NCBI GenBank assembly: GCA_964016885.1
Contig: OZ024743.1
Coordinates: forward strand, 290,346,001 to 290,410,000
Source of the DNA: Eledone cirrhosa
Lineage: Eukaryota
Length of the DNA stretch: 64,000 nt
Direction: 5' to 3'
In this document: one piece after another, positions 12,284 through 27,025 of the stretch
Numbering within the stretch: the first letter of the stretch is position 1
Layout of the letters: each line of letters begins with the position of its first letter
Notes under the pieces: generated by a model
Seen by the model: only the letters and a program-made list of their open reading frames with translations
What the model was told of the DNA's origin: nothing
Databases searched by the model: none
Translations under genes and position numbers: made by a program

Positions 12284-14200
12284 TAAACGTTTGGAGTTAG
12301 AATGCCAAAACAATGCAAGCGTGGATATAGAATATAAACACAAATGCAAAATATATTGCTGACAACTAGTCTTTTACCTTAAATTTATTTGAATATCCTT
12401 AATTTTCGAGATAATATCTCTTCTTCGGAGGAAAGTTCTAATTAGCTTGCCAGGTCATGCTAAGAGGAAATTGTACAGAAATTCCATTCTATTTCTAAAG
12501 TCAAAGAGTGAAGGTTAGGTGGATAATGGATTGTCTCCCTTTAAAAGTGTTTGAACATGTATGTCTAAGAATGTGTGGGAGAATATGTGAAGGTGTAAGC
12601 ATGCGTGTGTGTGTGCGTTTGTGTGTGAGTGTAAGAGGATATGTTTATATGTAAATGTAGGCGCTAGATGCTCTATGATGTTAAAACTGGTCTATGTGTG
12701 TGTGTGTATTTGTGTGTGTGAGAGAGAATAGTGAAGGTGTAAGCGTACGTGTGTGTGTGTGAGAGAGAGTACGTGCAGGTGTAAGTGTAGGGCTAGGTGA
12801 TCTATCATGGTAAAAATTACCCTGAGTTGGAAGTCCAATAGAGATAGGGATGCTTGGGCATCGGGGCGTTCCATGCTGAACTTTATATTGGCACACCCAG
12901 ATGACTGCGGATCTCTATCCCTATTGGACTTCCAACTCAGGTTAACAGAGGAAGGTGACATCTACACCTGCTTCTATAAAAAAGCCGCCAGCAGCAAACT
13001 GGTCATACATTTAAGATCAGCCCTCCCAATCAGAACCTTGGGCGGATACATAAGGAACGAACTACACGTATCCGGAACAAATGTACCGACGCAAGAGACC
13101 GAGACACGCACACCACACATTTCCTGGAAATACTTAAACTGAACTCAACGTCCACCGCGAACCGTGCAAGAAACAACAGAGGACACCACACGCGCGGCAC
13201 TAACACCTGCTTCCTGAAGCTCCCACACTTCAGTGACGAAACAACAACAGCCATCGGCAGAGCTATCAGACGAGAGAGACTAGATATCCAACTAGCCCAC
13301 TCAGGACTTTCTCTACGCGAACAGCTAACCAAAAGACACTCCATCAGACATGACAGCCGCTGCAGGCTAGCCAACTGTCCCATCAAGGACAGAGACCTAT
13401 GCCACCAGGCTTACGTCGTATACAGATTAGAGTGCGACAAATGCAGCAATATCTACATACGTGACACCACGAGAACACTTCACATTATAATAAAGGAAGA
13501 CCTCAACTCTAACGCTTCCTCATTTAAGAAACACCTAGTGAAATGCAAAAACACCAACAAAAAACATAATAGCTAGGATAGAAGCTAAGGAAAGAATCCT
13601 CGGCAATCTTAGAATTAAAGAAGCACTGATTATAGATAAAACGCAACCACCAATCAATAACAGACTAGAACTCAACACCCAATATTTATCATGATAGAGC
13701 ACCTAGCCCCACACTTACACCTCTACGTACCCTCTCTCACACATACGCACACGCACATGCACACACACACAGGCACGCTTACACCTTCACTTATTCTCTC
13801 TCTCACACACACATACACACACACGCATGCTTACACCTTCACGTATTCTCCCACACACACTTAGACATACATGTCAAACCCTTTTAAAGGGAGACAACCC
13901 TTTATCCACCTAACCTTCACTCTTTGACATTGGAAATATAATGGAATTTCTATACCAGTTCATGTCAGCATGACTTGGCAAGCTAATTAGAAAACTGAAT
14001 TAACCCCTTTACTTCCCTCCGTAGAAGAGATATTATCTAAAAAATTAAGGATATTTAAACAAATTTAAGGTAAAAGACGAATTGTCAGCAATATCTTTTG
14101 CATTTGTATTTATATTCTATATTCATACCTGCATTGTTTTGGCCTTCTAACTCCAAACGTTTATACCTCATTACACAAGGCTTCAAGTCAACTACAAATT
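12284..14200 (+). mobile_element. 5'-truncated Penelope/Poseidon-type PLE with inverted 5' pseudo-LTR
   Basis: RT C-terminus (SLSLLDFQL..FYKK..IHLRSALP) and GIY-YIG (VVYRLECDKCSNIYI..TTRTL) at ~12895-13695, frameshifted; 12284-12810 is the reverse complement of ~13690-14163; flanked by (TA)n. Confidence 0.85.
12396..12432 (-). ncRNA. Minimal hammerhead-like motif (CCGAAGA variant) in PLE pseudo-LTR
   Basis: tcct-CCGAAGA-a-gagat-att-atctc-GAAA-AT-TA-agga; mutated partner on + at ~14012-14052. Confidence 0.55.
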
Positions 14201-15271
14201 CCTCCTATATATAAATATATATATATATGCATGCTTAATATGTCATTTTTCCTAGATTATTTGATGAACTCAACCGAAAAGTGTTACATTAAAGTAAAGA
14301 TTTCTCGATCTGTGATACGAAACCAACTGTGCTAGGTAACCGAATATTGATTGATTTCTATGTGACCGTTGATCAGAAAAACCGAAATATAATGGAGTGG
14401 AATGAAATATATAATTAAATGTGTATAAATATATGAGATTTGCCTGAATGAATTTTATGATATTACGGTTTCGACAAATAGTTGTACGAATGACTGGCTG
14501 ATTAAATTGAGAAAGTAATCGATTTCTATATTAGCGGTTGAAAGCAAATTCTTACGAAAAACAGAAGATACAAAAGTAATGCCTAAGGGATATTTGGGTA
14601 AATATCAACTTTGACATATAGCGAATGATAAATGTATTCCGTTGAAATGATTGAAAGATATGTCTTCGACTTGATATTAATATCGTTTTCAGCTCCAGTA
14701 TATGTCATCTTGGCGCACTTATTTCTATCTCCAACAGGACGTATGAACCAAGCTACTCAACATCCCTTAAAATAGTCAGGCAGGCATACATGAACTTTCA
14801 CATGAGTTTCAAGAATCTGCAGCCACATAGAGAAAAACGGTATAGAAACTGAGAAACACAAACATATATGTTTATATACACACATACTTACATATATAAT
14901 CACACATACACATATATATACATGTACTTATATACATATATATATATTTATATATGCGTGTGTGTGTGTGACCGCGTGTTTGTGTATCTCTATTGAAATC
15001 TATAACACTAAATCCACCACCACATCCTTATACAGACACTTACTCACCACCACCATTATCATATTCTGTACTTATATGCTCTCACTTATCCTTATTTCTT
15101 TATATTTTGATTATTTCTCTATTTTCTTATTTCTTTACTGTATCTTTTTTTTTATCCTTTACTGTTTACATCTGTAACTTCTTTACCTATTTATCACATA
15201 TTTTATTATTGTTGTTATTGTTTGGATTATACGCTATTTCTCTATATATATCTTGCCATGAAATGATTATT

Positions 15272-15385
15272 CATATTCTGAGGATTTGGTCAGATGTAGA
15301 TAATGTAATGGAGATCGAGTGACGCAACTCCGAGCGATTAGCGGCCTCTAGACTCGCCTGATCAATGAAACTAATATTAATACCT
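15272..15385 (+). ncRNA. Degenerate hammerhead-like motif with long stem II
   Basis: CTGAGGA-t-ttggtcag...ctgatcaa-t-GAAA with an 8-bp closing stem; stem III and cleavage site imperfect. Confidence 0.4.
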
Positions 15386-15440
15386 GAAATAAAGCCCCTT
15401 GTTGTACAGTCAACCACGTTACTCTTTATTCTTTCATTAA

Positions 15441-15569
<129 letters not shown>

Positions 15570-16699
15570 TATATATATTAATGAATGCATGTATATACAT
15601 GTAGAAATACAGCCACACACAATCATCCGTAGAAATGCACTGAGTCAGGAAAATATCCACCTTACATACATATGCATGTAAACATACTTGGATATGAATC
15701 AAACTTTATACATTATCACCAAGAGAGATAATGTCACCTCTGGCTCGAACATTGCGATAATAGCAAACGGTAGGCTGGTCATTGCAACTTCACAAATGAA
15801 TAGCTACTTATGGCTGTGAATTTCAATTAAATTGTATTTAAGTATATGATTATAACCTCTGGCTAATTAGCAGAAGCAAAACATTTGGGCCAGTTTCTTT
15901 AAATACCAATGTTATGGTGCAGTTACGATTTTCCATATATGCAAGCTTTTAATAGAATAAACGTTAGCTGTAGCGGCATTCAGTCTGACCGAATGGTTAC
16001 AAAGTTTTCTTTGTAATCATATAATACCCGTTCGAGTGCACGACTTATCATATTGAATTAATGTAACTTACCTTAGTTTCAGGTTTAACCATGGCATATG
16101 TGTGAAGTAGAAGGAATCCTGCTAGAAAGGGGTCTGATTAATTGTTCCTTTATACATGTGAAATCTGTCTGTTATACCACTTGGACAAACATATTTCATC
16201 GAACAACCTGGATATAATTCATCGAAACCACTCAATTCCCTCCTATTATTTGAGAAATTTGATAAGTATTGGTTAGAATCCCATGCAGTATACCATTGTC
16301 TTGCTTAACGCTTTAAGTCAAAATTATCTCTAAATTCAGATGTCCCTGTTATTGTCCCAGAGTCGATAAAATCAATTGGAATCAGGTTTTTGGACTTATT
16401 ATATCGACGACCACATTTATATACTCGTATGTAATTAGTAATATATAATTGGTAAAGTATTAACATAATATAATTTATATCATCAATTTTGTTTCAATCT
16501 CGAAATGTTTCCTAATCGGATTTGTGAAAATAAAATCACATGATTGTTTCTGTTTCATTGATACTGGATTTTACTTATGGTCGCTGAAATAATGACTACG
16601 AATTTGACAACTCTGAAATTAAAGATCCAAAATGAATTCCGTAAATCATTCCTTTAGACATTCTAACAATTGTGACAATCCATGGAAACCCCAAACTAG

Positions 16700-19233
16700 T
16701 GTAGTGACCTACATTCCGCGGGCTCACATACATTCTCTGTGCGTGATTTGGCTCAGCTCAGCCAATCAGCGCCAATAGATGAGGATGTATCCCTACGCGT
16801 TCTGAGGGACAAATAGCCTGCAAAGATTTGAGGACGCTATCACTTCCAGCTAGACCGTGCTAAGGTAAACACCACTTGTTCTTTTGCTCCGCCAGCACAA
16901 ACAATATGTAACGACACAACAATTTTACTACGGAATTGGCTAAACGCCTCAGCCAGTCGACCGTATTTTCTCTTGTAATCTTAATTGATTTGTTTTATTT
17001 CTCTTGGCATGCCAGCTCAACCTCTGTTAATAAATAATGTAAAACCAAGCTAAAGTCGTTGTCGATATTCATATCATATCTTTCTACCAAACCTGGTTCC
17101 TCGTGGCTACATTGCCAAACTCTAAATATACTATTCTCTACCACATTGGTGACAACATCTTCAGCCAAATTGGTGACCCTCGACGATTAAGTATGAAAAC
17201 ACAGCCTATTTGAATTCGCCATTCGTTTTAATGGCTATGTGGAGTGGCTTAACATTTGGAGTGTTCAAATCGGGTAGCTAGACTCACTTAGCGTAAGTCC
17301 ATAAGATTCATAATATTCCATTTGTTGAAGCACGCGGCCTGCACAATATTTCTGTCATAACTTTCATGGTAACACTAGTAACTCACGCATACATACGAGC
17401 ACAAAAATACAACACAAAAAAAAAAGGATTTCTCTGGATGTGGAATTTTGCTTTCGGCGTTCTGTTGAAATTACAAATGGAGACACAGAAATTTTGTTTT
17501 CCCGCGTACAGCTTGTTTTCTTCGATCCCAGCCTTCTGATTGGCTGCGTCGTGCCACATGACGGCTTCTTCATCACAGGCGCATTTTTCAATCGGCCATC
17601 TTGCCCAATAATTTTCATGGAGAATACTTTTTTTGTTGTTCGAATTTTCTTTCGAATATTTTTAGAAACAAAATTAGCAGTATTTCAAAAACTTTTCTCC
17701 ACGAGGAAATTTCAAAACGGCTACCACCAAGTACCAGCCATCAGCAGCAACACATGGCTAACTATTAACCAACACCAGGGAACGGCTTGTAACTTTACCG
17801 ACGCAACCACCATCCCTTCTGTCTCGTTACCACGAGGACTCGAGACATTAAGAGATTACTTTTCTCACCATTATGGCATCAGACATGGCGGCCATATTGG
17901 TGACTCTGCGTTCTTCAACGCTCGACTTCTACTCTACAGAAGATTCATTGTGACTTTGCTTTAACAACAACTCTACTAGCTCCCAGTAAGAGCGTTCCCA
18001 AAGAAAAATTGAAACGAACTTTTTGTTAAAAGAAAAGAAACAATTCTTTCTTTGTGGCTTTTTTTTCAGGCATTTATTTTGGACATTTATTTTTTTTAAA
18101 CTGTATTATATGAAAATTCATTTCGCTCTATCATTGTATAAGTGACCGCACGCACACATTTTCTTTGCTGTATTAGATGCCTGCATATATACACACACCA
18201 ACATGTTGTTGTCTATAGTATATTATATTCAAGCATCGTAATATTCTGCGAGATCCCTTTTCACCTTCTGGAGGTACCAAAACATGCAATCGACACTTGC
18301 AGCTTAATTCACTTGCACCGCAACACGAGTATGCTAATTGCAGCTGAACTCAAACAGTTTCTCATCTCGTTGCACACTCATCGTCCATAACAACCTATCT
18401 TGTTATCTTACCCAGCTCACCGGGAAAACAACAAATAGAACTGGACTTGTCAGCATTTTCAACACTTCTGTGGATTCGCCCGAATTATGGAACTGTAACC
18501 CACCTACAGATTCAACTTGCTTTTTCTTCTTTTCAAAGCAACCAGCCATTTTTTTCCTGGCTCCCTAGCACATTCGGCAATACATCTGGGAGGCCAACAT
18601 TTTCTCGCCTACCCATCATCTTCTTGCCAGCACTGGTAAACTACCATAATAGCTTCGTCCACAGCTACTGGTACAACACTTACCATTAACATTTAATGCA
18701 AGAACAGCAACTTTGCCCATGTCAGACTTTATCTGTTTTCTGGTAGACCTTTGGTGGTCACGTATAAACTACAAAACAGCTAGTCATTTGACAGCGGCTC
18801 AACACGGCCCGTCGCGCCTCATTTTTTTTTCTTGCATGCATCTTTCTGATCCATTATTTTTTCACTGATGTGCTCTTTCAGCATTTGTTCTTGCTGATTC
18901 ATTAATCTGTGGGTCCTCGCCTTCATCGTTAACGATTTTCAGCTAAAAATCTGCTCGGAGGTGATGTAGTGACCTACATTCCGCGGGCTCACATACATTC
19001 TCTGTGCGTGATTTGGCTCAGCTCAATCAATCAACGCCAGTAGAAGAGGATGTATCCCTACGCGTTCTCTTGGCATGCCAGCTCAACCTCTGTTAATAAA
19101 TAATGTAAAACCAAGCTAAAGTCGTTGTCGATATTCATATCATATCTTTCTACCAAACCTGGTTCCTCGTGGCGACATTACCAAACTCTAAATATACTAT
19201 TCTCTACCACATTGGTGACAACATCTTGAGCCA
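16700..19233 (+). mobile_element. Decayed, internally deleted Gypsy-type LTR retrotransposon (tRNA-Trp primed, CsRN1-like)
   Basis: LTRs 16700-17167 and 18965-19233 (TG...CA; 3' LTR lacks ~200 bp); PBS tggtgaccctcgacg at 17171-17185 resembles the complement of the tRNA-Trp 3' end; purine tract before the 3' LTR; TSD aactag (or ctag); faint pol remnants such as FSHHYGI. Confidence 0.85.
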
Positions 19234-19349
19234 AACTAGCAATATGAGGAGACGGAAAGTCCCTTAAATCGATCATGTATTTCACTGTTATCTTATTTCG
19301 GATATCTCATATTTACCCTTCGAATATACGAAATAATGTAACTGAATAA

Positions 19350-19545
19350 TTATTTCTAACATTTCAACAAGGCCTGCATTCCTGGCAGAGGAAAAGTCGA
19401 TTTTATCTAACCCAGTAATTAAGTGGAAATTTATTTCATCGATTCCACAAGGATGAAAGGCAAAGTCGACTCGGGAGAGATTTGAAATTTGGACGTAGAA
19501 CGCCGTAACTAATAACTGCAAAACGCTCTACAACTATTGTCATTC
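19350..19545 (-). mobile_element. Old tRNA-derived SINE copy
   Basis: ggatgaaaggcaaagtcgactcggg...gatttgaa matches the family core. Confidence 0.7.
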
Positions 19546-19877
19546 CAACGCTATACAGTAATGTTATAGTTAAACATACATTCTACTGTGCCCTCATATC
19601 TCCTTATAATATACAACCAGCAATTTCTCTGTCAGTGGAATCACGTTCGCGCGTGGCTGCTATCTCTCTCTCTCTCCATCTATCCCTCTCTTTTAGTCTG
19701 TCTGTTTCTCTCACTCTCACTCTTTCTCTTTGTAACACACTAACATTCCTCCCCTCTATCGCTGTGACGAATGGAGAGATGGAGGAGGAGGAGGAGGAGG
19801 AGGAGAGAGTCACTTCGTCACTTCACCTCTGCCTTTCTTTCTCTCCCCTCTCATTCCCTCATTACGTACAGACATTA

Positions 19878-20047
19878 GGGCGGTGGATTGGCAGAATCTT
19901 TAGAGAGTCGGACACCATGCTTCATAGCATGGAGTTACGTCTCTTTACGGTCTGAGTTCAAATGCCGCCGAGGTTAACTTTGCCTTTCATGCTCACGGGG
20001 TCGATAAAATAAAGTACCACTAATGTACTGGCGAATTGCTGGCCTTG
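19878..20047 (+). mobile_element. tRNA-derived SINE interrupted near its 3' end by a Helitron-like element
   Basis: ggattggcagaatc...gagttcaaat...gggtcgataaaataaagtacc...ggccttg; the tail appears to resume (tgcc..aaaa) at ~20496. Confidence 0.85.
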
Positions 20048-20493
20048 TCTATATATATAAAACTGAGGTTGTCTGTCTACTAAAACGGTTGGCACCGTAC
20101 GTTCAAATTTCGGTGAAATTGCTACACTTACAGAGAAAGGTCCGGCGGAGACAACGGTCAAAAGATTTTTCGAATCGACCCACGCCAAGTGCAAAAATCG
20201 AATTTGTAATGTATTGATTTTTCAGTTCAAATGCATAAATAGAGATGAGAGACGAGTTATTTCCCTTTTATGGCGTCATTTGTTTATCTATTTACGTTAC
20301 GAATAAACGTGCAAAGGTACAAAAATACGCGAACAGTTTTCGGGCCAGCAAAATTTTAACCTGCAAAATTCATGAGTTCGAAGTTTCAACATTAAGCTTC
20401 CATTTTGGTTCATTTCCATTAAAAAGTATTTTAAAACAATATTTCAGCGCATCAGCCCCGCCATCACCCGAAGCAACGCTGCGAGTGTGCTGG
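20048..20493 (+). mobile_element. Non-autonomous Helitron-like element
   Basis: Starts TCTATATATATAAAACTGAGG like the 2018-2829 element; ends with cccgaagcaacgc hairpin remnant and CTGG. Confidence 0.6.
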
Positions 20494-20770
20494 CTTGCCT
20501 CAAAATTATAGAGGTTGCACAGTACTCGCGACGTTGCTGGTTTTTGCTCTGGTATTGGCTCCGTTGTTCACCCCTTCCTTTGCATTTTCTTTAATATTGT
20601 AGTTTATCTATATATTTAAAATATATGTGTTATATTATTCTACTGTAAATTTATTTATATGTACAAGATAATCAGATAGAGAGTCAGAGAGAGAGAATGG
20701 CGACGAACGCTGGTTCACACACACACACACACAAACACATATATATATATAAAGAGAGAGAGAGAGAGAG

Positions 20771-20847
<77 letters not shown>

Positions 20848-20906
20848 TACTCTATCTTCCCCAATAACCTCACTTAAGTGTATTTACATTTTACATTTTA
20901 ACCATT

Positions 20907-21020
20907 CTCCTCTGATGATACAGTGGTCACATCATTTGATAATTGAGTTTTCCAAATAGTTATAAATTTGCACATAGCATAACTAGGCTGTATAACCACC
21001 GTGGAACCATTTGTAAGCAC
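20907..21020 (+). ncRNA. Degenerate hammerhead-like motif with long stem II
   Basis: CTGATGA-t-acagtggt...accaccgt-g-GAAC-catttg-TA-agca; GAAA mutated, stem I weak. Confidence 0.35.
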
Positions 21021-21210
21021 ACAGAATAAATTACCTTTTTATGATGTCTACCTGTTATTAGTCATTCTTTATCTATACTCCGGAATACAGAAGGATCAGG
21101 ATCTGAGTTTCTTCAACTATTCTTCCATAACACGTTGAGTAACCCCTCACCTACGTCAACTCTATCCAGTGTAGTAAATAACCATTACTGCATCCAGGAT
21201 AATCCTATAC

Positions 21211-21292
<82 letters not shown>

Positions 21293-23316
21293 AGTGGAAG
21301 TTACTAAAATCGAAGTTGCGGTGCACGGCGAGAATAAATGAAAGAAACAATATTCGGAGCTTTGCGCGAAGCACTCGATAAGGAGATATCGATAAATCGA
21401 CAAGTTACATCTTAGAGTAATACACATATATTAAATGACTTGACACATTGAAAACTGTGGTTAATGGGACAAAGCCACAGAAGCCACCACCAGAACGAAA
21501 ATACAATCAGGTTAAATGGCAAACCTGGACCGTTTCAAAGTATATTATACAATATTCTCTATTGGTTTCTGTGAAAAGCCATATCAACAATCCAACTTGC
21601 ACATTTTATATATATCATTTAAAGCCTTATTTAGTAAAATATATAAATTAATACGTTTAAATTAGCATTTTGTTAATGTGAACTTGAAGCGATTGCAAAC
21701 ACGTATCAATACTGTATATTTTTGTTTCTTTGTCACTGAGAGTATCCTCTTTAAAATAGTAAAAAAATACTCTACACATCGAAACATGTTATTAAAAGAA
21801 GGACATCTGGCCGTGAAGTATGCAATAGAATTTACAATTCAAATACTTCATTTAGCGGGGAAATTAGCATCAACATGTTAATATTTAGATATTTTTTGTG
21901 AGTCCATTTGTCAGAAATGTATGGATATGAGTAATTAGTTGTATCCTAAAAACACAATGGTGCTTCAACTACATTATAAATAATCCTGTCTTATACATGC
22001 AGTCGATATATAAAGAATGTGACTGTCTCAGATTATTCAGTAATACTCAAAATAGAACAGACGATAGAAGTGATGATAATAACATCAATTATATAACATT
22101 GACCACAATAGCAATATGGATGGGATTGATAAAGGTAACATCTTCAGTTAGAGTGTAGGTATTACTGCCTTGTGTCACTGCATTTCATCAGAGGCAGTAA
22201 GAATATCTTGCGACGCTTTAACACTTCCTTTAATCAACCTTCCATGGAAAGGTTAAATTTATCTTTAAACGTCTAAAGAATAAAAGAAAATTTAAACATA
22301 GTGGGAATTGAAATGAGAACGGAGAAACCCAAAACAAATAACACAGGGTATTTACCCCAGCTTTCTGACATTTTTGTAAATTCAGCGCATATAACAATAA
22401 CTATAATCGATTTGAGTACAGGATAATATATGATGCATACGATTAACAACCAAAGAATGATCAAAGGGTATTTCTACATCGACAAAATTAGAATTCAGTG
22501 TTTATGTTTATATTCCACAATAGTTAATGCATTGAAGATTACTACCCCGAGAATATTCCACTATGAAACTTTAAACCCATTTAGATGATTCCCATATATC
22601 CATTCAGTTTAATTAAATGTATCACATTCCTTTTGTGGGATTTTTCTTTAAATATAACTTAGGAATTTTTACTAGTTGAATAAATACAATAATTAAATAA
22701 TGTGCAAATGTATTCCACATGTATTTTAGCTCTAGGTGTATATATGGTATAATTATTCGTCTAAAGAGTTTTGAAACATGATTTATTAGAGACGTTGGTA
22801 TGAACATGTGCCATCAAGAACACGTATCGTTTACCTGCATGAATTACAAAACAAGATTCATTGTTTGAACATTGCAATCAATCTATGTTATGAAACATTA
22901 CATTGTTTATGAAATGTTCCTTCATTTGCATTGCTGTTACTTGGATTGTGTTAAACGTTACTAATAAATGTATACTTACAATCGTTTCTAGGAACATGTT
23001 TAACAACAAAGATTCACACAGATGCACTGAAAATAATGTTATACTCTATGTTGTTGGAATGTGATAATAGAAGTGTTTCGATGTACAAGATGTATCCATC
23101 CAGACGCCTTTAATGTTTGGTGCAGTTGATGGTTCGTGGCCGTAGCATAGAGAATCTCTTTACTATTTCAAAAGACCCAAAAGCCATCCATCTCCAAGTC
23201 TGAAGAAAGCCAATTTCATTCATAATGAGACCGATATAAAGAGGGATAGTGAGTGATTATGTGTTTGTGTGTGTGTATGTGTGTGTGTGTGTGTGTGCGT
23301 GTGTGTCAGAGAGAGA

Positions 23317-23407
<91 letters not shown>

Positions 23408-25115
23408 TTGTATCTTATTTTTCAATAAGAAATGATGAAATGGAAATTTTACGTTAAGTGAAATTTGAACTCACAGCAGAGAAAGCCGAGATGTGTCTGT
23501 AGAGCTTTCTTTCTGACGTTCTTCCATATTTGATAAATAGCCATTGCTTTCTTTGGAAGCGAAGATTTCTTGTCATAAAGATGTTCAGATGAACTCTAGT
23601 ATGTCATTGATCGATGTTCAATATATATTCTAGATAGAAATATTATATAAAGCGTATAATTTTTGCCCAAAAGATAGCTGGGATTCCCTTGCTATATGTT
23701 AACGAACAATCAGTGAATCGGTCATCCACCAACCAAATTCTCAATCAATACAATGTGAATAGGTATCAAGTCAATTTGAATAGAAATGAAAATATGTAAA
23801 TGTTATCATGTCCTTTTTTTGTTGTCGTTTATTGCATCGACACCATGCAAAGTTAGGAAACTATGGGAAACTATGTGAATATATTCTATCCCTTTTATGG
23901 AAGAGAAATAGATATAGAACATTAGACACGGGCATTGAAGTTGCAATGCAGAATGTTGTGCAACAAATTCAAAATTCATTCTATAATGCCAGCCACTTGT
24001 TGAATTATATCAGTAATATATAGACGTTTAGTGATATTTTATCAAATATTTAAGAGAAAGACATTATTTTCTCTTCATGTACGCCCATTTGCATTCCAGT
24101 ATTAGGGAGCAAGAGTTAAGATACAATTTGCATTTTCAATTTTCATTTGAAGCTAAGGGATTTTACATAAAATGATAACATTTTGGAAAAAAATAAATGT
24201 CTCACTACATCATACATGGCCACTAACATTTATGTATTTAGTTTAGGCAAGAAAGCTATACATTTTTTTATATTTAATAATAGTATTCCATTATAGAATT
24301 CTTATTTCGCTAACTCGTTTGTTACAAATAATAAGAAATTCTGCTATTTCTAATGAATTCTATATTGGGAAATGAATAGAAAAATATTTGATTGGTGTCC
24401 TTTAACAGGTCGTCAATCATATAACGCAATAAAATGAACTTATGCTAATCCGATTCTATGAATATTAAATGCAAATCTCATATAATAAATTGAGTTTTCA
24501 TAAGGGGAATGTGCTAGTTATTTTACTGTATAACTTAGATTGCAATTTGCAAGAATTCTAAATTCATTTCACACTGATTTAATACTAACTCCAAATTTAA
24601 TTATATTGTGCGTAGCATTTCTGTTGAGGATTTTCATTTCTTTTTTAATTTGCTATATTTCTTAAGTTAGATATAGCATTAACTTCCAAACAATTTCGAT
24701 AGAGAACGGGGGTTGAATTGAGGCTTAAAATCTTGTTTAATAATCTATTATTTGGTTGAATATACCGGAGTTCAATCTATGTCCAATTTTATTCCTAGTC
24801 TAATATTTTTCTTGTTTTTGTAAATATTAGATTTATAAATACTCAGGTAGATAATCAGTTATATTAATGTCTGAAATATCCCCAAAAGATTAGCTTATTC
24901 GATGAATTCTGCCCATCCATTCTACAATAACTTGTAAATCATATTTACGAGGAGATTTAGACTTTTTTAAGATGGCAGGGCGGTAAACAATTTATTACAT
25001 GATTCACTTATGTGAAGAAAACCTGCATAATATTTTGTGATATGCTAAACTAGGATAACTGTAAACAAATGACATAATCAAAACAGTAGCGGTATGTCAC
25101 ATTTCAAATCATATA

Positions 25116-25174
25116 TTTTGTCTGATGAAAACGTACTTAAACACCATTGTACCTTTGAAATATGTATAATAAAA
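25116..25174 (+). ncRNA. Hammerhead-like motif
   Basis: CTGATGA-aaacgtac..gtaccttt-GAAA-tatg-TA; stem I poor; downstream ~36 bp recurs at 34436-34472. Confidence 0.4.
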
Positions 25175-26063
25175 TATATATTTGTTTCGACACACGATTT
25201 CATATAAAAAACCTCACAAAACTAATTCATCGCCGTTATATATATATATATATATATATACATTAGAAGAAGGGCATTTCGACACGCTTGTGTTGATGCG
25301 TAGTAAAGTAGAAAACGTTTTCTTGAATATTAAACGATATATTATCAGTTAAAATGAAAACACTGCAACTTAATTCTACATGATTAATGTGAAACATATT
25401 AAACGATCAAAGGAATTTCACAAAATTAATGAAGCATATAAATTCCTTTTAATTGCAGAAATACTATCATATATCTACACATCCCATTTACCAAGCATTT
25501 CATGAGCTAGCTTTGTAATATCAGTTTCTTAGGAAGAAAACACAAGGCGTCCATTGATTGGTGACCAATAGGAATGACCCTCTATGACACAATTACTATA
25601 AATCTAATGTACAATGCCTTGATCGTAATAACCTGTACTTGATAGGTTTACAATTGACAGAGGCGATTCAAATTTATGTTTTAGTAAAATATATAACAGT
25701 TATGTTTAAATATAGTAATTAATAAGTATGATTTAAAGGTAAGACATTTCAATATGGCTATTTTCGGAAATATAACTACAAACCATTTTTCGTGATCAGT
25801 TAAGTTTAAGGTAACATTTTCAATGTATTATTGTTCATCATTAGAATTCACCTTAGTTAAAGTACTCGGAAATTTCTATCAAAACATATATCATGTATGC
25901 TTGAATATTACTTATATAAGCTTAGACTTAATACTATAATTGACGAGGAATTCCATTGAAACAGTCTTGCACAAACACTCACACACTCACACAGACACAC
26001 AAACCCACAGCCACACACACAGACACACACCCACATATATATATATATATATATTCATAGGTG

Positions 26064-26432
<369 letters not shown>

Positions 26433-26813
26433 ATATGTATGTATGTGTGTATGTGTGTGTGTGTGTGTCTATGTGCGTGTGTGTGAGTGTGTGCGTGTGT
26501 GGGTGTGTATATGTGAACTTGTTAAGAAAACCTGTCAGATTTCAGTTTTAATAACTGTTAACAATGTGTATTCCTATCCCGATTTGAAAAAAAGGTTTTA
26601 ACAAAATAAATATAATATTTCAATATGCATCTCTGACTCTCCATCTCGATTTCACTTTTGAAAAGCATAAAACTGTGAAAAAAGTTAAAGTGAATAAATA
26701 TTCCTAAAAGATTCCAGTTGCATTTTCCAATTCTTATCCTTATGCTTTCACCCGTGTAGAACATCTTATTTTTTCTTTTGTTTTAAAAAAGCAACAACTC
26801 ATTTTCTGACATA

Positions 26814-26884
<71 letters not shown>

Positions 26885-26929
26885 CACAGAAAAAAAGAGA
26901 ATCAGTGTTGCGACGAATGGAATTTATTC

Positions 26930-27025
26930 GACATATTACAATCGTTTCTCTGGCGACCAGTTCGAAGCACGATCGATGTGATGATCGAAACTGACTCTGA
27001 AAATCGCAAGGTCCTCAGATACGTT
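26930..27025 (-). ncRNA. Type-I hammerhead ribozyme in the 3' pLTR
   Basis: acgtat-CTGAGGA-...-GAAA-CGATTG-TA-atatgt; the 5' pLTR copy (31734-31829) has GAAA>GAGA. Confidence 0.75.

Noticed and set aside
17440-17964. 174-aa ORF as a host gene
   Set aside because: Lies inside the decayed LTR element; no coherent domain.
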